55,661 bases of DNA from Candidatus Saccharimonadales bacterium (lineage in GTDB: Bacteria > Patescibacteriota > Saccharimonadia > Saccharimonadales > JBBQYC01): contig JBBQYC010000002.1 in the NCBI GenBank assembly GCA_038209015.1, positions 1-55,661 of the forward strand, read 5' to 3'. Position 1 is the stretch's first letter; each line of letters starts with the position of its first letter. Of the stretch, positions 25,307-34,145 are shown piece by piece. The notes under the pieces were generated by a model that worked only from the letters and a program-made list of their open reading frames with translations, made no database searches and had not been told where the DNA came from. Position numbers and translations under genes: made by a program.

Positions 25307-25921
25307 ATGTCATTAGAAACTTTAACTGCTCCAGTACTCGGGAGCGAGCTTGATACTGATTTAATTCCGGCACTTAGAACTCGAACGGAGTTGATTATGG
25401 GTAAGCTTAGCTGCGCACAGTATCTAGAAGTTTCACTCGGCTACGATGGCCAGCTTCGAAACAGCCAGTACGCACCACTTCAACCCTATATAGATGGAAT
25501 AATAGAACCTCAAACCCCTGTAACTAGTCGAGTTAAAGAAGGGGGAGGGCGTTGCTGGATTATGTACCAAGACGTTTTACCTAATCAGGCTCAAGCATCA
25601 TTTAGTTGGCATGTTGATAAATTCGGAGGCCTCATTATGTGCGACACTCTGCCTACGCAATACCTGTATGGGGCTCCTGAGCGTGACAGTGAGATAGCAT
25701 CATGGGTGACAAGCTTTGCTAAACGTTCTCAAAGCAAACATAACCCTACGGACTTACAAATAATTGATAGCGGCTTGGATATCAAAGATATAAAAACGCA
25801 TACCTCGTATGATCTTGCTCCTGGGGTTATTCATCGACCAGTGGTCAATAGAAGTCCGTTGCCCGTAGCTAGGACGTTCGTAGCCCTCATACCAAATCAA
25901 CCACACCCACAAGCAGCTTAG
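25307..25921 (+). CDS. hypothetical protein with HxD...H motif
   Basis: FSWHVDKFGG, and about 75 aa later GVIHRP. There is no SD. A TTGACG-17-TATGTT promoter ends 6 nt before the ATG. Confidence 0.45.
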   Translation: MSLETLTAPVLGSELDTDLIPALRTRTELIMGKLSCAQYLEVSLGYDGQLRNSQYAPLQPYIDGIIEPQTPVTSRVKEGGGRCWIMYQDVLPNQAQASFSWHVDKFGGLIMCDTLPTQYLYGAPERDSEIASWVTSFAKRSQSKHNPTDLQIIDSGLDIKDIKTHTSYDLAPGVIHRPVVNRSPLPVARTFVALIPNQPHPQAA

Positions 25922-25999
25922 CTAGACTTGTGTTTGCATTTATGGCTAATACGCGGTAGTGTCTTGTCGTTATACATTAAATAGGTAAACTACTACGTA

Positions 26000-28279
26000 A
26001 TGGCGAAAAACCTTGTAATCGTTGAGTCACCGGCAAAAGCTAAGACTATAGAAAAATATTTAGGATCCGACTACCAGGTGAAGAGTAGTGTCGGACATGT
26101 AAGAGATCTGCCAAAAAAGGGACTCAATATTGATAAAGAGAATGATTTCGAGCCACATTACGCTATAAGTCCAGATAAGAAAAAGGTTATAGCAGACCTA
26201 AAAAAAGCAGCTAAAGGCAAACAAGTTTGGCTAGCGACTGACGAAGACCGCGAAGGGGAGGCGATAGCCTGGCATTTGTGTGAGGCACTTAAACTCGACC
26301 CATCAAGCACAAAACGTATTGTCTTTCATGAGATTACGAAATCTGCTATCCAAGCTGCCATAGAAAAACCGCGGACCGTAGATATGAAGCTCGTTGATGC
26401 GCAACAAGCGCGGCGCATCCTGGATAGATTGGTTGGATATGAGTTAAGTCCGGTCCTTTGGAAAAAAGTACGTCCAGGTTTATCTGCTGGCCGCGTTCAA
26501 TCTGTAGCCGTACGGTTGATATTGGAGCGAGAACGCGAAATCAAAGCATTTGAGCCCGAAAGCTCGTACAAAATTTCCGGTGTGTTCACATCAAAAGATG
26601 AAATTCCCGCTGAACTCGATCAAAAACTAACTGATGAAATGACAACCGAAACATTCCTAAATAAAATAACTTCATCCGTTTTTACCGTCGCGTCAATTAC
26701 CAAAAAGCCAGGTAGCCGCAACCCCGGAGCACCTTTCACCACCAGTAGTTTGCAGCAGGAAGCTGCTCGGAAACTCGGTTTTAGCGTTCGACAGACAATG
26801 ACGCTCGCACAACGATTATATGAAAACGGCCATATTACATACATGCGTACCGACAGCACGATTTTATCTGGTGAAGCAATTGCTGCGGCAAAGGAATTTA
26901 TCACGAAAGAATACGGGGCAAAGTACCACCAGATACGCCAATATAAGACTAAAAACTCAAGTGCCCAGGAAGCTCATGAAGCAATCCGCCCCACAAGCTT
27001 TAGTAACATGGCAGCCGGCGCAGACGAATCGCAAAAAAAACTGTACGGCCTTATTTGGCGGCGCACATTAGCCAGTCAAATGGCTCCTGCTGCTGTTGAT
27101 AAAACAGAGATTGATATTGCGATAAGTAATAAACCAGAGAAGTTCGTAGCTAAGGGTGAAGTTCTGAAGTTTGATGGTTTCTTCAAAGTGTACGGTGGGA
27201 CAAAGGACGATGTTATCCTGCCGGATCTTAAAGAAGGTGAGGTTGTAGAGCGACAGATTATAACCGCAACGCAGACATTTAGCCGAGCACCTGCACGCTT
27301 TAGCGAAGCAAGCCTCGTGAAAAAACTGGAAGAACTGGGCATTGGGCGGCCAAGTACGTATGCGCCGACAATTTCGACCGTACAGAGCAGGGGATATGTT
27401 GAAAAGGGCGATATAGAAGGCGAGCAGCGGCAGATTATCAGTTTTGTTCTGCAAAATTCTACAGTTACCAAAAGCCAAGAAGAGACAATGTATGGAGCAG
27501 ATAAAAATAAGTTATTTCCAACTCCTATGGCGGAAGTCACGACTGATTTTTTGGTAAATCATTTTTCTTCAATTGTCGATTATGATTTTACAAAAAAGGT
27601 TGAAGCGCAGTTTGACCATATTGCCGAAGGTGACGAATCACGCGTTAAAATGCTCAAAGATTTTTATGAGACGTTCCATCCGATGGTTGAAAAGGGCGAA
27701 AATGTCAGTCGAGCTGAATCGAGCCAGGCTCGTGAGCTCGGTAAAGATCCTTCAAGCGGCAAACCGATTGTGGCCCGATATGGCCGATATGGACCAATGT
27801 TGCAGCGGGGGGAAACAGAGAGTGAAGACAAACCTGATTTTGCGCCCATGCCCAAAGGCGTTAGCTTAGAGGATGTAACATTCGAGCAAGCCTTAGAAAT
27901 GTTCAAATTACCGCGCACCGTGGGCAAAACTGAGGACGGAGAAGAGATCATCTCTAATATTGGCCGTTTTGGTCCCTACATCAAGGTCGGTAAGCTCTTC
28001 GTTTCCATGAAAGAACACGATCCAATGAAAATCACTGAAGCTGAAGCCCGTGAACTGTACCAAGAGAAACAACAGCAAGAGAAAGATAAATACATCGCTC
28101 AGTTTAGCGGCGGCATTAGTATTATCAAAGGTCCTTATGGTCCCTATATCACCGATGGTAAGAAAAATGCCCGCATACCGAAAGATCAGGAACCGAAAGA
28201 TATAACTGAGGAACAAGCCAAAGAGTTATTAGCAAAAGCGCCAGCTAAGAAAAAACGATTCACTCGTCGTAAGAAATAG
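26000..28279 (+). CDS. topA: DNA topoisomerase I
   Basis: The TOPRIM N-terminus is MAKNLVIVESPAKAKTIEKYLG, followed by DEDREGEAIAWH, the active-site region ITYMRTDS, and a basic C-terminal tail. Confidence 0.92.
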   Translation: MAKNLVIVESPAKAKTIEKYLGSDYQVKSSVGHVRDLPKKGLNIDKENDFEPHYAISPDKKKVIADLKKAAKGKQVWLATDEDREGEAIAWHLCEALKLDPSSTKRIVFHEITKSAIQAAIEKPRTVDMKLVDAQQARRILDRLVGYELSPVLWKKVRPGLSAGRVQSVAVRLILEREREIKAFEPESSYKISGVFTSKDEIPAELDQKLTDEMTTETFLNKITSSVFTVASITKKPGSRNPGAPFTTSSLQQEAARKLGFSVRQTMTLAQRLYENGHITYMRTDSTILSGEAIAAAKEFITKEYGAKYHQIRQYKTKNSSAQEAHEAIRPTSFSNMAAGADESQKKLYGLIWRRTLASQMAPAAVDKTEIDIAISNKPEKFVAKGEVLKFDGFFKVYGGTKDDVILPDLKEGEVVERQIITATQTFSRAPARFSEASLVKKLEELGIGRPSTYAPTISTVQSRGYVEKGDIEGEQRQIISFVLQNSTVTKSQEETMYGADKNKLFPTPMAEVTTDFLVNHFSSIVDYDFTKKVEAQFDHIAEGDESRVKMLKDFYETFHPMVEKGENVSRAESSQARELGKDPSSGKPIVARYGRYGPMLQRGETESEDKPDFAPMPKGVSLEDVTFEQALEMFKLPRTVGKTEDGEEIISNIGRFGPYIKVGKLFVSMKEHDPMKITEAEARELYQEKQQQEKDKYIAQFSGGISIIKGPYGPYITDGKKNARIPKDQEPKDITEEQAKELLAKAPAKKKRFTRRKK

Positions 28280-28988
28280 CCGTCGGGACTGGTTCTACCA
28301 GAACGTCATGGCGAATATAGTAGAATTTTTTATGGGTTTTACCCAAGCTCTCCAAAACTATCGACTCCCACAGTGGGTAACTTTTAAGCCGAATGAGTGA
28401 TTTCCCATATTTTTCCCGCGCATACGATTCGCTAGTTCGACTACCATCCCGCATTCTATAATAATCATTTAGTGTTATCTGACGCCGATTTACTCCCAAC
28501 CGGTTATTTATGAGCATGTTAAGCATGAATCTATCATCAGGCTCATCAGTAGTCAGTTCCAGCTCATTCAGTACTAATCTCTTGGGGTATACCTTAAGAA
28601 TTTGTACCTTGGGCACTTCTTCACTGAGATTAATATTAATCTCGTCGTTACGAGTTGGATTTAATACTACGAACGTCTTGAAAAAACGACCGTCAGACAC
28701 TGGTGGTAGGGTACTTTGTTTTTCTTGGAGTTGTTCGCGGATGATTTTAGGAGATGCATATATACCGTAGCGATTTTCAATCATTTCTTTAACAGTTGCT
28801 AACTGCTCATCATAATCAGTTAACTCTTCTTTCAATGTTGCAACCCGACCCAGCAGAGCATGCATTTCACTCTCTACTGAGTCTCGTTTCTCATAGAGTT
28901 CATATAACTGATTTACCGCCGTGTTGAGCGTTTCATGTGTTTCTCCCATAGCAGGGCCTATCTTACAGCATGTGCATGTATTTTTCAT
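28260..28988 (-). CDS. hypothetical protein with N-terminal coiled coil
   Basis: Long ORF that converges on topA with a 20-nt overlap. No family recognised. Confidence 0.5.
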   Translation of the reverse strand: MKNTCTCCKIGPAMGETHETLNTAVNQLYELYEKRDSVESEMHALLGRVATLKEELTDYDEQLATVKEMIENRYGIYASPKIIREQLQEKQSTLPPVSDGRFFKTFVVLNPTRNDEININLSEEVPKVQILKVYPKRLVLNELELTTDEPDDRFMLNMLINNRLGVNRRQITLNDYYRMRDGSRTSESYAREKYGKSLIRLKSYPLWESIVLESLGKTHKKFYYIRHDVLVEPVPTAISYDE

Positions 28989-29087
28989 ACACGCAATATA
29001 AACTTATAGCTATACAGCATGAACAGGATTTAGGCATGGTTGTCGATTACGTGCTATAATTTTTATACAATTGTGGGATAAAAAGTA

Positions 29088-29116
29088 TTGACTTTTAGGA
29101 CATTTAGTTTTAAAAT
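29088..29116 (+). promoter_or_regulatory. sigma70-type promoter (TTGACT-17-TAAAAT)
   Basis: TTGACT at 29088-29093 and TAAAAT at 29111-29116, 28 nt upstream of the ATG at 29145. Confidence 0.45.
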
Positions 29117-29144
29117 AGTGTAAACACATGAAGGAGCAGGAATA

Positions 29145-30176
29145 ATGCCTGAAGCTGTAAAACTACAGATAGAACGGATAGTAAACGACGTCCTAGATAC
29201 GATAGACCGTGAACGAGAACGCGAAATTATTGCGCGTCGTTTTGGTTTATTCGATAGAAAAGAAACCCTTGAACAGATTGGTGAATTGCTCGGAATAACG
29301 AGAGAACGAGTTCGGCAGCTCGAAAAAGCTGTTGTTGCACGCATGAAAGCACAGGCTGATAGTGACGAACTACCTCATATTGGTACCGTTCAGGCTGTTT
29401 TCATCGAGAAGCTCGGCGAAACAGGGAACATTGCTACAATTAGTAATTTTACGAGTAATTTTACAAATGATACTAACAAAATCAATCAGGCACGTATTTC
29501 ATTCCTCTCACAACTATGTCCAAAACTTGTCGTTATAGATGAAAATGATAGCTATTACTTATCTGTTGGGCGGCGCTCATATCACAATGAAAAAGAGTAT
29601 AAACAATACGTCGACAAGATACTGAAAGCCATTAAAACAATTGGCGAACCTACTACTATTGAGGCTATCGCTAAACAGGCCGGTATTGATAATCATCATC
29701 ATGCAGCTGCTCTAGCAAGTACAAGTAAGAAGATGGCTACGCTAAATGGTCGCTGGGGTCTCATAAAGTGGCCGATGGTAAATCCTAAGAATATTCGCGA
29801 TAAAATCTATGTAATCCTGAAAGAACACGGCAAGCACATGCACTTCAATGAAATTGCAGGGGCTATTAAAGACAGCGATTTCAAGCGAAAAGATGTCACG
29901 ACACAAGCAATTCACAACGAACTAATCAAAGATAAGCGATTTGTACTTATTGGACGCGGTATTTATGCACTCAAAGAATGGGGTTATAAAAAGGGAACTG
30001 TGGCCGATATTATTACAGAGGTGTTACAGAAGTCAGGCGAGCCTCTCCATCGTGACGAGATCGTTAAACAGGTTCTTAAGAGCCGTTATGTTAAAGAAAC
30101 GACAATCTTATTGAATCTGCAGGGCAAGTCTCAGTTTAAGCGCGTTGCCAAAGCTACTTACGCATTAGCTGAATAA
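29145..30176 (+). CDS. sigma-70 region-4-like HTH protein with two HARE-HTH-like winged-helix domains
   Basis: REREIIARRFGLFDRKETLEQIGELLGITRERVRQLEKAVVARMK is a region-4 signature. The C-terminal segments (HMHFNEIAGAIKD...GRGIYALKEWGY, and PLHRDEIVKQVL...ATYALAE) look HARE-HTH-like. Confidence 0.5.
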   Translation: MPEAVKLQIERIVNDVLDTIDREREREIIARRFGLFDRKETLEQIGELLGITRERVRQLEKAVVARMKAQADSDELPHIGTVQAVFIEKLGETGNIATISNFTSNFTNDTNKINQARISFLSQLCPKLVVIDENDSYYLSVGRRSYHNEKEYKQYVDKILKAIKTIGEPTTIEAIAKQAGIDNHHHAAALASTSKKMATLNGRWGLIKWPMVNPKNIRDKIYVILKEHGKHMHFNEIAGAIKDSDFKRKDVTTQAIHNELIKDKRFVLIGRGIYALKEWGYKKGTVADIITEVLQKSGEPLHRDEIVKQVLKSRYVKETTILLNLQGKSQFKRVAKATYALAE

Positions 30177-30183
30177 ACAGGAT

Positions 30184-31215
30184 ATGACTTCTCCTGAAAA
30201 TGCGCCTATTGCAGTTGCTTGTGATATTAAATTAAGTGAACTGTTTAGAAGCCACCCAGATTTACAGGGCAAATACATAGATATTGATACGGATTCTGTA
30301 GAACATATATACAGTGAGCTGGCCGGTGATAAACCATTAGATGCCCCATTATTACTGCGCGTTGTGCACAACAGTACTATGCACAATGACAATGCAATTG
30401 GTGAATTTATAGCTAAGAAAAAAGGGAGGTACTGCAAACTCACTACCAAACCTGACCAGATGTACATAAATGTAAATCTAGGCGGTGAACGGAACATCCA
30501 AGAAACCTATGATTCCGATCATGAAGCATACGGTCTTAAAGATATATACCTTAAAAGTATGACTTTATATGATGAGATGAATGACAAAATTATGGCAAGT
30601 TTAGATCGCTTACTCCAAGATGATGAAAGTCAGGCGGAACATATAAAAAGAAATCTATTCCATCTATATAATCTACAATTCAACAAGCGCAAAATTGCCC
30701 GAGAACTCGGGTGTTATGTTTTACCAGAACCGAAAGCTGAACATACATTAGACGGTGTGAGCCCCGGATCTACAGTTCATAGCCTGCCAGATTTGCAGGA
30801 AACGGTTGTTCACGAGATTCAACATGCCATTGATAGAATACATCCCGATAATCGGGATATACAGAAAGATAGGCAGATTAGAAGTCGTATCTTAGGGGGT
30901 CGATTCTTAGCACTCGCGTGTGTTTCTATTGGTAGCTACGCCGCTGGAATACAGATGAAAGATGAGTTAATGGATGTTCCTTTGATTGCAGATCTTGTTG
31001 CAAGTGTAGGAATAGCAGGTGCATCAGTTTACCTTACGGGCCTTGCACGCGATAAATTAATACACCAGGGAGTTCTTAATAGGTTATACGAAGAATCTAT
31101 ATGGGAAGCGCGCGCTCGGAATGCTGAAAATATGTCAGATACACTACCTGTGGTTATTTCACTAAAAAAACAGGCGAGTGAACCGTCGGTCACGCCCGTT
31201 GCAGTTTCTCTATAG
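30184..31215 (+). CDS. HExxH-motif protein with two C-terminal TM helices
   Basis: VVHEIQHAIDR (HExxH) is followed by two hydrophobic helices. It lies 7 nt downstream of the preceding gene. Confidence 0.5.
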   Translation: MTSPENAPIAVACDIKLSELFRSHPDLQGKYIDIDTDSVEHIYSELAGDKPLDAPLLLRVVHNSTMHNDNAIGEFIAKKKGRYCKLTTKPDQMYINVNLGGERNIQETYDSDHEAYGLKDIYLKSMTLYDEMNDKIMASLDRLLQDDESQAEHIKRNLFHLYNLQFNKRKIARELGCYVLPEPKAEHTLDGVSPGSTVHSLPDLQETVVHEIQHAIDRIHPDNRDIQKDRQIRSRILGGRFLALACVSIGSYAAGIQMKDELMDVPLIADLVASVGIAGASVYLTGLARDKLIHQGVLNRLYEESIWEARARNAENMSDTLPVVISLKKQASEPSVTPVAVSL

Positions 31216-31230
31216 TGCATGTATAAACCA

Positions 31231-31244
31231 AACATTTTGCGAAC
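31231..31244. repeat. 14-bp direct repeat AACATTTTGCGAAC, copy 1
   Basis: An identical 14-mer is at 31794-31807. A partial third copy, ATTTTGCGAC, is at about 31439-31448. Confidence 0.7.
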
Positions 31245-31793
31245 AGAGTTAGCAATAAGTAAACAATCCATAAATCGAGGGTTTGTATATACAAATTGAA
31301 TATGCTAAACCGAAAGCGGGCAGTGAAGGTTTGAAAAATTTTGATTAATAAAAATAGAAAACAATATGACAAAAATCTTAAATAGATTATGTAAAAAGAG
31401 CACTTCAATGCGGTAGCAACGGAGTGTCGCACAATGTATATTTTGCGACGTACTATATAGTTTTAACAGATGATTCAGTATACCCTCCTGTAGGGGATTG
31501 CTCAGCTATATACCCGCACTTATTGTTATAAACGTCATATACACGTGTCTTGTAGGTCTATATATGCTATTTGTGTACTAATTCAAATGCTTCCATTATG
31601 CGCCTAGTGTCCGGTGTGCTATTGCTCACGCTATAGTTTTCCACAACAAGCCGTGAAATGTTTGCTTTTTCACGCACTTGATTATAAAAATTTGCTTTTC
31701 CCCCACTCTCCTGCTTTTATATATTTTTTTGACATTTACACGTTTTTGTTTGAATATATAGTTTTTATGTGTGGTATCGTATGATTTAATACG

Positions 31794-31807
31794 AACATTT
31801 TGCGAAC
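31794..31807. repeat. 14-bp direct repeat AACATTTTGCGAAC, copy 2
   Basis: See copy 1. Together they bracket about 550 bp of AT-rich sequence with no credible gene. Confidence 0.7.
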
Positions 31808-31837
31808 TAGGCAGGGCGTAACAGGGGGCTACAGCAC

Positions 31838-32461
31838 TTAACTATCCATTATGCTTTCCAGATGTCTTCGTGCACGAGTAAACTTCTGCTCTATGCTTGT
31901 ATACCCCTGAACAAAGTACCAGTTCGGGTGCCCTTCCCAAGCATCTATAGTCCTCTTCTCTACTTCTTGTGCGATCATCATGGATTCATACCTATTCTGA
32001 TTTGAATCCGTTTCATACAACCTTGGGGCTGCAGTTGCTAATGATTCAAGATGGATAACACCATAATACCTAGACAGAGCACTTACGGCTGTATGTCCTA
32101 TTGACTGATATATTTCAGATGTATTGCTGGTGTAAGCTTCAGCATCTCGCAGCCCACGATCACATATAATATATTCTTTTCCATCCGTAGCTGCTGATCG
32201 TTTGTACGTTTCTTCAAGATCGTATTGGAGACGAGTAACTGACGACTGTAGACTGTACTGCCATTCTGAATCACGACCAGTTTCGACACTGTGCTGGACT
32301 GCTAAAAAACCAGGGAGTATTAAGGTAGCTGCTTCAGGTACAAATAGCGATTTAGATGCTATTCGCTCGTCTCTTCTGAGGCGTTCCATAAACGAACTTT
32401 TCCCGCTACATGGGCCTCCTGTGATGGCTATCAACTTCTGTTTTTTTAATTGTGACTTCAT
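31838..32461 (-). CDS. AAA_28-type P-loop ATPase/kinase (NadR C-terminal-like)
   Basis: Walker A is ITGGPCSGKSS, followed by PEAATLIL. The size and pattern resemble AAA_28. Confidence 0.55.
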   Translation of the reverse strand: MKSQLKKQKLIAITGGPCSGKSSFMERLRRDERIASKSLFVPEAATLILPGFLAVQHSVETGRDSEWQYSLQSSVTRLQYDLEETYKRSAATDGKEYIICDRGLRDAEAYTSNTSEIYQSIGHTAVSALSRYYGVIHLESLATAAPRLYETDSNQNRYESMMIAQEVEKRTIDAWEGHPNWYFVQGYTSIEQKFTRARRHLESIMDS

Positions 32462-32580
32462 ATGCTATATCCTGTTTACTCTCAGGACTTTAGCCAAAAA
32501 ATATCACTACATCTAGTACAGAGAAGTTTAGTAAAATGTATTTTACCAACAGTCTTACTCTCCCCTGCTACACTTAAATA

Positions 32581-33243
32581 ATGCACGAGATTCAAAAATT
32601 TATCATCGTACAACTCATGGGTAGCGAATCAGCACGCTACAGTCAGCTAAAACCACCTACCATGGAAGGTAGTAAATTCACCTATCACCTCAAGCAATTG
32701 ATAGAAAATGACCTGGTCCGCTATAGTGAAAAAAGTAAACGTTATACGCTATCAAGTGACGGACGTATGCTTGCAGACAGATTTGACACCATCCTGCTGG
32801 AAGAAGCGCTCCAACCTGCAATTATTGTCCTCGCGGCTGTAGAGCGGCGTCAAAACGAATGGTTGATAGCAAAACGTCATATTCATCCTGCATTCAACAT
32901 GAGTGGCTTTCCGCATGTCCACGTGCAGCTGGGTTCGGATCTTATTAAACAAGCGGAGCAAAATCTGCAAACTTCGGTGTCTATAATAAGCAGATTAGAG
33001 TATCGCGGACACGCTTACGTAACCCAGTACAAAGATAACGAACCTGAAAGCATGGTACTGGTTCATTTTCTCCGTGGATCGTATGTTAGTGGAGATATAA
33101 CGAATCTTACAGATGAATATACCTACAAATGGAGTCAGGATCCGGACTGGAAAAGCAGCACTATAATTCCCAGCAGTGGTGATTTGATTCAGCTATCACA
33201 GAAAAAATCTATGTTCTTTGCCGAACTAACCTATCACTTGTAA
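32581..33243 (+). CDS. winged-helix (MarR/ArsR-like) protein with Nudix-fold-like C-terminal domain
   Basis: The N-terminal region ARYSQLKPPTMEGSKFTYHLKQLIENDLV looks like a wHTH. The C-terminal beta-rich domain has no clear Nudix box. Confidence 0.4.
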   Translation: MHEIQKFIIVQLMGSESARYSQLKPPTMEGSKFTYHLKQLIENDLVRYSEKSKRYTLSSDGRMLADRFDTILLEEALQPAIIVLAAVERRQNEWLIAKRHIHPAFNMSGFPHVHVQLGSDLIKQAEQNLQTSVSIISRLEYRGHAYVTQYKDNEPESMVLVHFLRGSYVSGDITNLTDEYTYKWSQDPDWKSSTIIPSSGDLIQLSQKKSMFFAELTYHL

Positions 33244-34142
33244 AACACCTTTTCTGGGACTCGTACGTCTATATATTGAGATGGTTTCTGTTGGTTTTGA
33301 ATCGTGTCCTGGGCGGCTATGAAAGCTCCGATGCTTTGCCGGACGTCCTCCAAGAAATTGAACTTGATGTAGTATGATTCTTTTTTTAAGTATATATCTA
33401 GCTGATTAATTTCTGTTGGGAGCACAATACTCTCAACCGCGATGCTATTATCTTCAAGCCCTTGCTCGTACATACGAAGCGCACGCATCTGATTATGATT
33501 CAGGACATACTCACCAGCTTCCGGATGAAGACCTGAATTATCTGTTACAGCTACGATTTTTGATGTGCCGGTATATGAGTAATCTCCGCCAACACGTGCA
33601 AGTATTTTACCGTCCTGGGATACATAATATGCCCCTGTCATGTTCGTGAGAATCGCTACCGATGGTTCAGTGTGAAGTGTAATTAGTGGCCGACGGCCGA
33701 TAACTGGCATTTCGATTTGCACAGAAGCAAGCTCGGGAAACGTGGTAAGTATTTCTTGCTCTACGGATGTAGTATCAGCAGTAATCTTGGTCAAATTATT
33801 CAGCGATCCGCTCCATATTTTATTTATTTCTGTCTGGTAAGATGCTGCCTCAGTCCGCTCTATACCACCTTCGACCTGCACCAATCGTACCCCAGGCTCT
33901 CCTCCGAGCAAGAGTAGTGATACTAAGCACCCAGCGATTATGACGACTGTTACAACTAATAACCAGTTCCTTCTCGGAAATGCTTCTACGCGACTGTTTT
34001 CATCTGCACTGTCTTTTTGGTGTCTGCGCCCAAGATTTGTATCACGCCGAGAACTACTGCGGTACGACCGATACGCAAAGACTTTGGTCGACTGTTTTCT
34101 ATCAGATTCGTTGGTATTATTTGTTTTTTTAAAGAATTTCAT
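33234..34142 (-). CDS. ftsQ: FtsQ/DivIB-like cell-division protein
   Basis: It has a basic cytoplasmic N-terminus, a single TM helix, and an extracytoplasmic POTRA-like domain. It lies directly after murG. Confidence 0.55.
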   Translation of the reverse strand: MKFFKKTNNTNESDRKQSTKVFAYRSYRSSSRRDTNLGRRHQKDSADENSRVEAFPRRNWLLVVTVVIIAGCLVSLLLLGGEPGVRLVQVEGGIERTEAASYQTEINKIWSGSLNNLTKITADTTSVEQEILTTFPELASVQIEMPVIGRRPLITLHTEPSVAILTNMTGAYYVSQDGKILARVGGDYSYTGTSKIVAVTDNSGLHPEAGEYVLNHNQMRALRMYEQGLEDNSIAVESIVLPTEINQLDIYLKKESYYIKFNFLEDVRQSIGAFIAAQDTIQNQQKPSQYIDVRVPEKVFYK

Positions 34143-34145
34143 TGG

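Noticed and set aside
27068-28216. Several minus-strand ORFs (27068-27478, 27076-27540, 27664-27951, 27908-28216) opposite topA.
   Set aside because: topA is unambiguous across this span. The antisense ORFs have no motifs and show atypical composition.
31637-31645. DnaA-box-like 9-mers: TTTTCCACA at 31637, TTATCCACA at 41645, and ATATCCACA and GTATCCACA at about 24035 and 50743. These raise the possibility of a replication origin.
   Set aside because: They are single, widely scattered boxes with no cluster, no adjacent dnaA or dnaN gene and no clear AT-rich unwinding repeats.
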